The position numbers were made by a program, and so were the translations under genes. The notes under the pieces are model-generated. The model saw only the letters and a list, made by a program, of their open reading frames with translations, was not told where the DNA came from and ran no database searches. From Eledone cirrhosa (lineage: Eukaryota), in assembly GCA_964016885.1 (NCBI GenBank), contig OZ024743.1, positions 15,376,001 through 15,440,000 on the forward strand: 64,000 nucleotides of DNA, in the 5' to 3' direction. This document shows positions 1 to 13,532 of this stretch, piece by piece (within the stretch, counting starts at the first letter, position 1; each line of letters starts with the position of its first letter).

Positions 1-2839
1 AGAGGATATGTGTAAGAATATATTTCTCCGTGTTTCTTGAGCTGTTTACTAAACATGTGTGATTTGTCTGTGTATGAGTGTATATAGGTTTGTGTCTTAT
101 TCATATTAGTTATGTTTCAGTAAATTTGTCACATTGAAAGGAATCTTTGTTTTTGAGGATATAGGCCTCTGCCAGGGAAGGATGTATGCATTTGTCGTCA
201 ATTTTCTTATTTTATTATAGAAAACATCAGTTATTTTCCACATATTTCAATTGGATTAAATAATATTTGTAGATACAAAGAAAAAGGAAAACGACAGGAA
301 GAAAATTAAATAGCGATATTAATGGAAAAGTCGGTAGAGTGCAGTCCTTATGCCCCTCTCTAGGTGATAAAACTCGAGCCCGCGGACAAAATGACAAAGA
401 CATTATTGTGAAGAAAAAACAGCGACATCCACGGCATCAGCCACTCGCCTTCGCGCGGATCTTTCTTCAAGCGAATTCTCCCATCCAAAATGTACGAAGG
501 AAAATGTCAGTTGGGCGACAGAGGAAAGAAGAGTTCTTGACAGTGACTGAAATAGAAAGGAGCCGGTTGGTTAAGGCCCGATATAGAGCTAGATTCAGCT
601 CCACATTACGACAAGCTGTGCTCGGTTTGTGGCCGAAACTACAAGGGTCATGGCATAAGAACTGTGAATATTTTTATTTCTTGTTTATTGTTGAGATTCA
701 CTGGCTAGTTTTTGTGAATGTAAATGTGACTCGATGTGTGGGTATAAGTAGGTATCTAGACCATATTGCGAGAGGTGCGCATTCGATATTGGAATAATGC
801 TTTGTATAGTGTTATTTATATGTTTTTCGGCGTATATAAACTCACACAGTATTGTACAGAGAGGCACATACTTAGATACGCGTACATTCTCATATACGTC
901 ATTCACTCAACTGCTTTCACTCAGAGGGCTTTAGGCAACCTGTGGCTCTACTATTAAATAATCACCCAATTGTGACACAGGTTGAACGTGAAGCATGGTA
1001 AATATGGATTTAAATTTTTAATATATGTCTATCCATGTCTGCAAAGATAGACATACATTTTACATTCTAAGAAATAAAGATTTTACTTGTTTATTTATGT
1101 AGTTTTGTTATTTTTGTTGTTTTTGAATATTTTCTTAAATGCATATTTCAAGCATAGCGCATTTCTACTAGGCTGGTATTTATTAAAAATCCCGCAGGAA
1201 GCCACCAACCAAATATGAAGAGTTTATACATGTGGCTATACTAATTTAAATATGCCATCTCACTCGCAAACGTACACATTCACAATTACATTCTATGTAT
1301 GCACATATACAGGTAATTAATAAACATACAACTCTCGCACCCACAATGTACACACATATCTATGTAGATTGTTTACAACACTATACACAAGCAGACACAT
1401 ATGTTCGCTATCTTATATCCTTGTACTTTTCAAATATGAAGACTTCGAAATATTTAAAATACAAGGTCGTCCTAAACAGTAGTTAGATGCAGAACACGTG
1501 AATTAAAGGATTTTCAGTCATGTTTATGCTTGGAGTTCAAACACTGTTAGCCTCGATGTTGTCGTTTCACTTTAAGCTCTAAACAACTAACATGCGATAT
1601 TCTCTCACGCCTTTTGTATATATGTATTTACATTTATAAAAAAAAAAAAAAAGCCTTCGTGAGCCACTTTTTTTAAAGTAAATAGAAATTCAAACACGAT
1701 CTAGCGCGAAAGCTGATGTGCTTATTCTCGTGACTGCATCAACCAACCAAACTTCACTCATATATGAAAACACAACCTGAGACCCCCCCCCCCTTCTTTT
1801 TTTTAAGGCAAATATAATAAGAACTTTGTAACACGAACTGGCGCGAAATTTATTATACTTATTCACCAACCAACCAAATTACTTCTCTAAAAACCTAGGA
1901 TTTCGAGCCACTTTTTTTCATATAAAACAGAAGTAACATTCAAACACCAACCAGATGTGAGAAAAACCACAAACCCTCCATCTCAATTCTACTTTTGAAA
2001 AGCAGAAGAACTGCGGAACCGGTAAAGGAACCAAATAAATATATATTTAAAAAAAAAAAGACTCCAGTTGCATTTCGATTTCATCTTTTTTCCTTATACT
2101 TTCATTCGTGTAGGACACCTCATTTTTTTTTCATTCTGAAAAAAAACCTCGCTTTCTAATATATATATATATATATATATATTGTTCAAGGAAACGACAA
2201 GACAGATGGAAAAATCTTATTAGTTTCATGCTTGATATGGAAAAGGGTAAAGACAGTTTGACTTGTCAGGATTTTGCCCCTCTTCGGGAGTACAAAACGT
2301 TGAGGCAGGATCCACAGATACAGAAAATGTGTGTGTGCGTGTGTAGATGTGATTATAGCAATGTAAAAACATTTGTGTACAGGGCATATATATATTACGT
2401 ATTCGATGCTGTCTGCATATAGTGTGTAGATATTTCGATTTTAAACTATTGACATGTAAGATGTGTTACATGTTTTCATTACTTTATTATGTAACATTTA
2501 CATTATATATATATACAATAAGACACACACACACGTGCACACACACATACACACGCACACATATATGTATATATTTATATACACACTCACACATACTCAT
2601 ACCCTCTAAAACCATTTTCCTAAAATAGAATTTCTTTTACAGTCTTATACATTTGACAATCCCATAAACCTCTCTTCCCTATAGAAATTGCCTTTAGCTT
2701 ATATTTTCCCTCCTCGCCATCCCCATCTGAACTCTTGACCAGTCTTTAACACAAATGAGATACACACATATATATGGAAACATTTCCTCTCCCTAAAAAT
2801 AATGTTGTTGTGTGAAAAGACTCATCTACCACGACGATA

Positions 2840-2891
<52 letters not shown>

Positions 2892-3009
2892 TGACTACCT
2901 CTCTCTCTAAATATAGGGTTCTATTTTATGACCAGTCTTCTTCACAACAAGAAAGATGAACAGACCTTCTTCAACACTTAATTTTAAATTCTTAATTTGT
3001 TATTCTTAC

Positions 3010-3828
3010 CAACTACAGCCTAGGAGAAGCTCACGCTACCCAGCAAAATACTTGACCGACACCGACTTTGCTGACGACATCGCATTGATCAGTAGGTCAC
3101 TGGAAAATGCTGAGAGTCTTTTGAAGCCATTAGAGCAAGCGTCCACCTGTGTTGGACTGTACCTCAACGAATCCAAGACTGAGTATGTGAACAGATGCGC
3201 AAACAGCCCAAACTACCCCATCAGAACCCTTAATGGTACCACCCTTAAGCAGGTGGAAGATTACAAGTATCTTGGCTCATATATCTCCTCCTCCAAAAAA
3301 GATTTTCTAACCAGAAAGGGTATGGCATGGTCAGCGTGCAATGACATGCACGCCATATGGACATCTCAACTTACCAACAAGCTAAAACTGGAAATATTCC
3401 AAGCAACCATTAAGCCCATATTACTTTATGGATCTGAAACTTGGACACTAACATCACAACTTGAGAGGAGATTGGATGGCACATATACCCGCCTCTTAAT
3501 GAGAGTGCAAAACCTATCCTGGAAACGACATCCCACCTTGTCTAAAATCTATGGCAAACTCCCTCGAGCCTCTGCCCTTCTAAAATCCCGGAGAGCTCAA
3601 TTTGCTGGCCACTGTCACCGTGCCAGCAATGAAATCATATCCGCTCTCTTGCTCTGGAACCCTGACTCCAGCCTGACTAGGAGTAGGAGGCTGTCATTCC
3701 CTGACGTTATCTCTAGGGATACGGGATTCAGTAGACAGGACCTGGGGGCAGCGATGGGGGACAGGGAATTCTGGGGCATGAGAGTGAGATCCATCATCTC
3801 GACAGTAGTCGACGAATGATGATGATGA
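3010..3828 (+). mobile_element. 5'-truncated RTE-clade LINE (RT C-terminus, 3' end)
   Basis: ORF 2956-3819 carries FADDIALI, YKYLGSYI, PILLYGSETWTLT and a DR..W end motif typical of RTE RT; it is followed by a (TGA)n tail. Confidence 0.85.
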
Positions 3829-3899
3829 AATCTATTATGATAATATATATGCTCATATATATTGTCGTGTTGTAATGAGTATATTATTTTTGTTTAGCG

Positions 3900-3942
<43 letters not shown>

Positions 3943-5470
3943 AAAAGAGAAAACACAGGTAAGCATTAACAAAAGGATTTTATCCAGGTATTTTCTACCG
4001 TTTCATTGGTAAGCGCAACCTTACAACGCTATACTGCACATAGCAGCCACTCGATAATAGCTGTTATTCACCTCCACATTTTCAAAATAATGAATAAGTT
4101 ACTTGTAAAAGGTTCTTAATATATAAAAAAATAATTTTTTGGAATCGTATTTACGTGTATAGAGAGAGAGGAAGGGGAAGAATAATTAGGAAATAGAGGG
4201 ACAAATGGTGATGGAGGGAGGGATAAAGATGGAAGGATTCCTTGATCAGTTTTGATTCGTAGACATGATGCCCTCAATTTACAGTGTAGGGAGTTAAAGA
4301 GAATTAAATTGTTTATAGTGGGAAGGAGAGTGAGAGGGGGAGAGATAGGGAGATAAATATATATATATAAAAGGGGGAAGAGAAAAAAAGAAGAAAAGAA
4401 AAGAGAACAAGAAAAAGGGAGAGAAGAAAAGAAGAAAACGAAAAAAGAAAAAAGGAATGAAGGAGGAGAGAGGGACATAAGTATTGGTTACTGTGGGTAA
4501 TTAAGGGGGTTAGATTTAATAAGAGGGGAGAAAGTCAAAGTATATGCAGTTTGTCAGGTGGTTGTAGGAGGTTAAGGGTTCGATTTGCACTCGTAGTGTG
4601 AGAATTTTTCTTTCCAGATTCACATAGAAACAGCAAAATCCTCATTTTTCAATTTTTGCTGGACCGGCAACACGCGGTGCACACATAAATATAAACATAT
4701 ATATACATGCGTGTGTTGTGTGTGTAGATATGTATTGTATGTACACATATATAGATGTGTATAGATACATTATATATATATATGTGTGTGTATGTGTGTG
4801 TGTGCGTATGTATATATATATATGTGTGTGTGTGTTTGTGTGTGGAGGTTGCAATATAGTACTATTTTCTGCGTGTAGCTGGTAGTTCTGTTGCCATCTG
4901 GAATGGTGGTATATTCAAGTCTTAATTTGATAACTAAATGAAGTCCATTGTAAATTCCATTAGAAGAAACTGGTAAACAAAACTGATTAACAAAACTCTA
5001 CAACACAATATATCTCTAATGAAGGTTATTCATGGATAGCGGATTAGAAGAATCTGTAGGGCGTTGGACAAATCGCCTTCAGCTATTTATTTATGGCCTT
5101 CCAATTTCTATTTTCGAATCCAATGCGTTCGACAAAATAAATTACCTGTGATGCACTAGGATAGATATCATCAAGTGAGCTTGTCTCTCCAAATTTGGAA
5201 TGCTGTGTGATGTGTTTTTAATAAACAACAATATTTATTTAGGTGAGTAGATAGCTGAATTATAGAGCGTCAGAGAATTTGCCTTAAAATAATTAGTTTC
5301 AGCGTGTATATTTCCTGCTTTACTCCACAATGCTTTCAACATCTTACAGTATCTTACAGTATATAAAATTTAATAATCAATAGACCTTCCCCAAAACTGT
5401 CGCACCTCATGCAGATGTTCGGAATTAAGGGCGAGACAGAAAAAAAGTCTGCTGTTAAGCGTTATGTTGT

Positions 5471-5627
<157 letters not shown>

Positions 5628-6451
5628 GTCTATGACAGTTCTTTCATCACACCCCTGTGATATCTTCTGTGGCACTATCATATTCCCTCTCTTTGTATTG
5701 TACGCCTCATCATATTCTTTAATTTGTCATTCTATTTTCTTATGAAGGACCAGCGTCCGAAAAGTTAAGACGCTTATCCTACTATATCAAGCGTAAAACT
5801 AGTAATATGTTTCTTCATTGTGCTGTGCGGTTTACTTTGTTATTTCTGTTTTCCTTATGCATATATATAAACAGAGATAGAAACTTATAAATTAAGCGTA
5901 TAGTTGAAATGGTATACAGAAACATTAAATTACTTCAACATCGGGTTAAACAATGACAGGGACGGGTGATTATCTTAACCTTCTAAAACACATGTGATTA
6001 TCTTAACCCTCTAAACGTATGTAAATAGAGAATGTTATAAAAGTGAAGAGAAATCACAAAAAAGAGACATGACTTACAATAGTTTGAGATAAATTCTATT
6101 ATTTTCTCAAAGTAAATATTTGTTATGCAAAAATTTCCTAGAATATGAAGCTTGGCATACAATAAGCGTGAGATATGTGTGTTCAAAGTTTAAGGGTTGT
6201 AAGAATATAGAAGAGAAAATATCGGTTAGGTTAACTGGAAGATAAACTGGAGAAAATACGTAGAAGAAATCCGTTTGATATAATGTTAAAAACATCTAGG
6301 TGCGAAACAAAGTCTTAACAGTGGTGAGATGGTGGTTAGATTAAAATATAAAGACTTTAACAGCTATCTGAAAAATTAGTCGGATTAACAAGAAAGTAGA
6401 AAAATAAGTAGAATTGCGATAAAGGTCATGTAAAAGAAAATGATTATATCT

Positions 6452-6611
<160 letters not shown>

Positions 6612-8084
6612 AAATAAATAAATATATATACAGTATATATGTATATATGTGTGTGTGTATGTGTGTATCTTTGTATGTATTTATACGCACACAGAAACAC
6701 ACGTATAGACATGTATGAAAAATGATATACATATTTCGTGGTCAACGGCTGTTTATCGTAGTACATAATGCACTCTCCTAGTCTTCGAGAGATGCACCTT
6801 TCAATTCCTCGCAGCTGCCTATTATTCGAAGTGATTTATTATTACAATGGTGATTTACATTGTAATGGGTACATTTCAAGTTTCACATTTCTCCAGCCCC
6901 ATTTTTAAATCAACCGCATGGAAATATATACGCCACAATGCAGATAACTACAATATGATTTGATAATTGTAGAATGGAGTTGCCACCCACCAATCAGAGT
7001 ATTTTCCTTTAAATATTTGAGAATACACTACTCCCTAAGGTGAACTTCTCCATCTGTTTCAGTGGAATTCCAACCACATGTAGAGTGCACTGTACAGCCT
7101 TCGTTGAGATGACGAGTTTCGCAATCTGCGCTGAACTGGGCAGCCAAACTATTAAGTGCATGTCGAAGATCACCTACAAATCATTTGCAAATTCCAGCTG
7201 ATTGATCCTAAATTAGCCAGTCCTGATACCTCTTCCAACTCGACTGTGCATGTCAATCCTGTCTATGACGATTAGGAATATGTGACAACTAAATGTTGAT
7301 TGATTGATAGCTCAGCCCTTCTCGTAACACGAAAACTCATCTCAGAATCGAAGACATCAGAGACATGAAAATTAATTATAGATGTTTGTCCCCAATTCCC
7401 CGTTAAACATGTGTATTCATTGATGTCTTTGTGCTAGAAAAGGAGCCCATAATTACGAACGCATTACTAGAATATAAGACTTATATAGCCTCTCCATTCT
7501 TATTTAGGCCTGGATTGCCTTTCCTTCCAACCATTCATTTCCGTGTCGGGGGGGGGGGGGCAGTGCCAGCATTCGCATTGAAGTCTACATTCCGGTATAT
7601 GACTTTAACTACATCTAACACTACTATCGAGGTATTATCTAAATTCAGACACACTGTGAAGTGAATAAACTTGCACCACCCGTGGAGATGCTTCTTACAG
7701 CCAAAGCTTCAAGAGGCACATACTGGCTCCCGATGATATCCAGTCCATAGCACACAACAGTTTCACCCATTTTTCCATCTCGATATGTTTACGGTTGTTG
7801 ATCCCGTGTAGCTTATTAGTCCGACAAAAGAACTCTTATATCGGAACCAATCATCTTATCTGGCGGCCGTATTGCTTTCCGCCACCAGCCACCTGCTCTC
7901 TAGCGAAACAACACGAAAACTATCATAGTTATCAATGGCAGATGTGTAAGTATCTTCCAGGCAAAATATTCTTAGACAAAGATATAGTCCTCTAACATAC
8001 GAAACAAATTCATGCATAAGGCCTTTCGCTACATCCTTTAAACTACATACATAAGCTCACGCAGTAGTTGAACATATACACACA

Positions 8085-8175
<91 letters not shown>

Positions 8176-8615
8176 TTATATATATACGTGTGTGTTTGCT
8201 GTGTGTTTATGTGTGTGTGTATACGTGTGCTTATGTATGTGTGTGTAGTTAAAAGGATGAAGCCATAGGTCATACGCATAATTTAGTTGAATGTTCCATA
8301 TTAACTGTATATTATTAGGCAATATCTTTGTCTAAGAATGTTTTGTATTAAACTTAGCGATACAACAAACTGGTATGTGTCTGTTTGTGAGTGTGTGCGT
8401 GTGTGTGGGTGTATGTGTGTGTGTGGGTGCGTGGGTGGGGGGGGGGGGTGTATGTATATGTGTGTATATGTGTATGAATGTGTGTGTTTGCATACCGACA
8501 ATGTCAACTCTTCGCTAGCAATACGCAGAGTTTCATAAACCCAGATATGTAAATGGTAAAATCAGTTCTGTGGTCTTGCAATAAATAGTTATATAAATGA
8601 ATATATATAGATAAA

Positions 8616-8665
<50 letters not shown>

Positions 8666-9203
8666 AGAGCTTTATTCGATTTGTGATATTTTGCATTTTC
8701 GCAATATTTTACACAACTGAATTCATTCGCCTAATATAGGTGTTGCCTCCCTTGCTGAACCTCACGTGGGGTCAGTTACAGACACATCTATGTGGACATT
8801 CGAACTGAATCCCGTTGACAACGCGTACTCCCAGTTCGGTCAGAATACCAGAAGCCTAACATCCTTTATGTAAGTGGACAATAAATGACTTATGGAGCCG
8901 CAGAAACCCAAATACTGGATTTTACCATCTCTCCAGGGGTCCGGGTATATTTTCAACCAGGTATATTTTTATGTATTTTTTATATATTTTTATATTTGTA
9001 TATCTGTTTGACCCGAATTAGGCGGTCGAATTTTCGCTGTGCGGATGATTAGTTTAACCACCATTTCAGTGTGTTCGGCCTTTAACGTAAGATGTAAGCT
9101 CTAATTCATATGAATTATCGAGCGCTTGCCACACAACTCGGAAGTGTTTTTCGTTATTCCTGAGCTGAAATTCGATTCTCGCTAATTTTTACTTATATCT
9201 ATA

Positions 9204-9257
<54 letters not shown>

Positions 9258-9289
9258 TAAAAATTAGCCGACAATATATATATATATAT

Positions 9290-10790
9290 AATCAGACTAA
9301 AACACCTAAATCAGTGAATCTAACTAAACCTAGCTAAACATATGTATAATAAATTCACTAATACTAACTCTCTTAGTAAACATCAGGATACATCGTATAA
9401 AAATAAAAATCACCATCGAAACCGTAATAGACGAGTTACTTGGTATAATGTTCCATTTAATCTACAAATTAAAGATAATATCCTTGAATAAAATTGTACT
9501 ATCCTAGAGAAAAACTTCCCGCCAAACCATAAATACCATCAAATTTTAAATAGATCAACGGTCATATTTTTCTACTCCACTACCAAAAATATACAACGAA
9601 ATATAAGTGTCTACAATGCATATAAATGTAAAAAAGAAACATGAATATACCACCAACACATCAAACTAACCATAATACTAAAATAAACCGCAGCAAACCA
9701 CCATCTCCTTCACATACAACAAGTCGAGTAAATTCCACACCTAATTCGACTAACTCCCATGATATCATATTCACGAATGGTTGTAACTGTAGAAACAAAG
9801 CAAATTGCCCATTGAAAAGAAATTGCCTTATTAATAACATATTATATAAATGTAAAATTAGCACTAAGGACTCAACTTATTCATATATAGGAGCTACTTC
9901 TAACCAATTTAAAGTAAGCTTAAATACCCACAATCACAGTTATAAAAATGCCGCATTAGCTAATACAACATCCTTGGCTGAAATAATTAATAATTATAGA
10001 AAAAAGAATATCGATTATAACCTGACCTGGAGTGTGCTCAAAAGGGCCACTCCTTATCAAAGTAAGAGATATGAGTGTAGATTATGTTCCCAGGAACTTT
10101 TTGAAATAATGAAATCCAAGGATATCCTATTAAATAAGGGACAAGAATTAATTATATCGTGCAATCATAGAATTAGATGAACTTTCAAATATTATAAACC
10201 TAATTAATATACACTTATATTTTACAAATTATTATAATTATTTTATTCTTAATTTAGTTAACCTATAATTAGTATTTTACTACTGAGAACCTTTATTTCC
10301 ATTTTACAGCTATCTTTTCCTAAAATTAATACCTATAATTATACATATAAACTATTTTAATTTCCTGTTATGAATCTAAATTCGTTGTAGTCTATAAAAG
10401 TTTGTTATTTCTCACTAATACATTTATCCCCCCCCCCATTTTTTCCTTCGTTTTTAACAACATTCTTTAATAACATCTAACTCTTGTTTATCACATCTAT
10501 ATGAATTAATGTAAATTTATCCCTATAAGTATACCTATCAATTAAATTAATTTAATTTCTTTTTAAAGATCTAAATTCCTTATGTTTTAAATAAGATTGG
10601 TATTTCTCACTAACAAATTTATCCTAAAATGTTATTCTCCTTCGATTTTAACATTAGCATTATTCTTTAATAACATCAAATTTTCGTTTACCTTTCACCG
10701 GCTTGACCCGTTTTCATCCCTAAAGTAATCTTTTCATTCAAAGTATCCTTTCCATTCAAAACTGAAGTCTGCATTCCTCTACCCCTAAGA
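9290..10790 (+). mobile_element. 5'-truncated Naiad-type PLE: linker, GIY-YIG endonuclease and 3' UTR, degraded
   Basis: CNCRNKANCPLKRNCL linker, ILYKC...YIGAT, CRLC..E and LN...CNH motifs; upstream W.N.PF-type fragment in another frame; inserted next to (TA)n. Confidence 0.85.
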
Positions 10791-10915
10791 GGAAAAAATA
10801 TTGCAATTTAGGATAGTAAAGAGTCCATCGTCACGATAAATTCCACCGCGAAGTTGAGGAATTTTCCGACTCAAAGAGTTCAAAATGAAGATACCAATTA
10901 AATCAGTCAATTGGG

Positions 10916-12235
10916 ATGAATCGGATGCTAAATTGCAATATAGTTAAACTTAATATTATTAAGAACAATATACGTAATCTCTTTAACCAACATAACCTAA
11001 AAATTGAATTTGATAATAGTATCAAACTAGCTAATTTCTTGGATGTATCTCTTAATCTTGACACTGGCCTATATTACCCTTACCATAAAAACAATGAGAA
11101 CCTTAATTATGTTAACTTTAAATCTAACCATCCTACCAATATCAAGAATGCTATAGTTAATAATATTGGAAATAGAATATCTAACATATCTTCTAATAAA
11201 AACATCTTTGATGCTAACGCCAATTACTATAATAACGCACTTTCCAAAGCCGGCTATCCAGATAAAATCAAATATAATAAAGAAACAAATTCTAGAAAAA
11301 CTTACAGTAGAATAATTAATCATGACCATTCCAATAATTTTAATAAAAGACCTAGATACAAAAACATAATCTGGTATAATGCTCCTTTCTCCATCTCTAT
11401 TAATAACAATATTCCTAAATTATTTTTTAGTGCCTTAAATAAATGCTTCCCTCCCTCACATATCTATAGTAAAATATTTAACAAACACACCATCAAATTT
11501 TCGTATTCTACATCCTCCAATATTTCCAACATCATCTCTAAACACAACAACAAAATATTAAATACTAAATCTCTTCCTTCCAATATTGAATTTCATAATA
11601 ACAGTAATAGTACTCCCAACGTCATTGTAAACCCTAGGCTAACTTCTGTAAACCCAAATACAACGTCAAACACAACTTCGCTAAATGTTCATAATCCAAC
11701 TCTAAATCAAGAAACTATTATTCCTATTATTCCTATCGCAAGCAACTTCTCCAATCCTATTCCTTCTATAGATAACACTAGATCACTCATTAATAATCTC
11801 TCTAATTGCAACTGCCGCATTAAAAATAAATGTCCTCTCAACAACCATTACCTCGATAAAAACTTAATTTATGAATGTAAAATTATAACTAGCACCAATT
11901 CCTTCACCTATTTTGGCTCCACTTCCACCTCTTTTAAAGCTCGTCTCTATAATCATCATTCATCTTTCAAATACAAACTTAAAAGAACTAACACTGCTCT
12001 CTCAGAACTCATATGGTCCTTAAAAGACAAAAACATTAAATATACCATCTTTTGGAAGAAGATTTCTTCTGCATCCTCATACTTGAACAGCTCTCTATCT
12101 AAAATCTGTAATCTCTGCCTAAATGAAAAATTTACCATTATCTCTAACCTAGATTCTATAATAAATAGACGCTCAGATTTGTTTTCTATCTGCCTGCATA
12201 AATTCCATAGAACTTTTCACAAAGTATACAGTTAA
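10916..12235 (+). pseudogene. PLE RT thumb plus GIY-YIG endonuclease (partial ORF)
   Basis: Motifs as listed for the element; the RT N-terminus is missing. Confidence 0.85.
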
Positions 12236-13237
12236 TATTCAATTCTTTATCAATTTAGAATCTTTTCTCAAAGGCACATATACATACACCTCTTTAAAAT
12301 ATACCCATCTACCTTACTTTAAAGGGCATTATACACTCTATAATACTCGTTTACTCATTACCCTCATTCTATCTTCTTGTAAAATCATAACATTTGTTTT
12401 ATCATTAGAATATTCATCCGCAATCATTATTATTTTTTCTCTCTATCATAAATCTTTTTAATCTCAATTTCATCCTTAATTTATTATTATTTTTTTCTCC
12501 CCATCAACGAACTCATTATTAATACATATTAACTCTTTATTCGCACATATTATCAAATCAATCAATATACAAACTTTAACTTCACATTATTTTTCTCAAA
12601 TCCTTCTACACACAAACCTTAACAATTTTTCTCTTCGCTAATTTTGAAATTGCCACAATACATACATTTCTTTTTTTGACGTTAGAATATTCACCCACAA
12701 TTATTATTTTTTCTCTCTATCTTCATACATAATTTCCCTTCGTTAATTTTCAAATTCCTTTAATTTATACATTATCTTCCAACGGTTCCCAACCTCTCTA
12801 TATTAAAACAATATATCTTTTTCTCAGTTATAAAAACTATCTCTTTCTCTCTATCACCCATCTCTCCCTCTCCACCTTCACTCTCATCTCCTCCCCCTTT
12901 TTTTCATCCTTTCCACCCCCCTCCCTAAATAAAATATTTTTTCCTCGCACATATCCTCCCTTCGTTAATTTTCAAAATTTTTAATTTATACAGTATCTTC
13001 CAACGGTTTTCAACCTTTCTATGTAAAAAATATATCTCCTCTCAGTTATAAAAACTATCTCTTTCTCTCTATCACCCATCTCTCCCTCTCATCTCCTTCC
13101 CTTTTCATCCTCCTCCCCCCCCTCTCTAAATAAAATATTTTTCCCAATATCACACATCAATCTAAAACCACTTTTCATATGTTGATTTAAAACTGCACTA
13201 TCCACAAGTGTTTTTTAGCCTTCATATCATGTTCTCC

Positions 13238-13308
13238 TATTTTATCTGATGAAAACACAAATATTATTGCATGATGATGTTTGTTTTTGAAATGCGCATA
13301 ATAAAATA
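13238..13308 (+). ncRNA. Minimal type I hammerhead ribozyme
   Basis: tattttat-CTGATGA-[aaacacaaatatt...gatgtttgttttt]-GAAA-tgcgca-TA-ataaaata, with palindromic stem III. Confidence 0.8.
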
Positions 13309-13338
13309 TATGGAACTCCTTTAACCATCTTTTGATCT

Positions 13339-13424
<86 letters not shown>

Positions 13425-13433
13425 TTAATATAG

Positions 13434-13484
13434 ATGAGATTCTACAGGACTAGAACTGTTTCATTCATTAGAAATCATCAGGAA

Positions 13485-13490
<6 letters not shown>
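13434..13490 (-). ncRNA. Isolated type I hammerhead ribozyme between TA tracts
   Basis: Minus strand: atgagattc-CTGATGA-tttctaatgaat-GAAA-cag ttctagtc ctg-TA-gaatctcat. Confidence 0.8.

Positions 13491-13528
<38 letters not shown>

Positions 13529-13532
<4 letters not shown>

Larger units (their letters stand above)
10797..13345 (+). mobile_element. Naiad-type PLE, 5'-truncated with inverted 5' segment, 3' UTR and terminal hammerhead
   Basis: ORF 10916-12235 has NFLDVSLNL, SNHP, IIWYNAPF, CNCRIKNKCPL, IYEC..YFGST and CNLCLNE. An inverted piece at 10797-10927 encodes GGIYRDDGL. The element ends in (TA)n. Confidence 0.9.

Noticed and set aside
339-797. 152-aa ORF as a host gene
   Set aside because: It has a GTG start, no recognisable motifs and no clear splice structure; an exon or UTR cannot be excluded.
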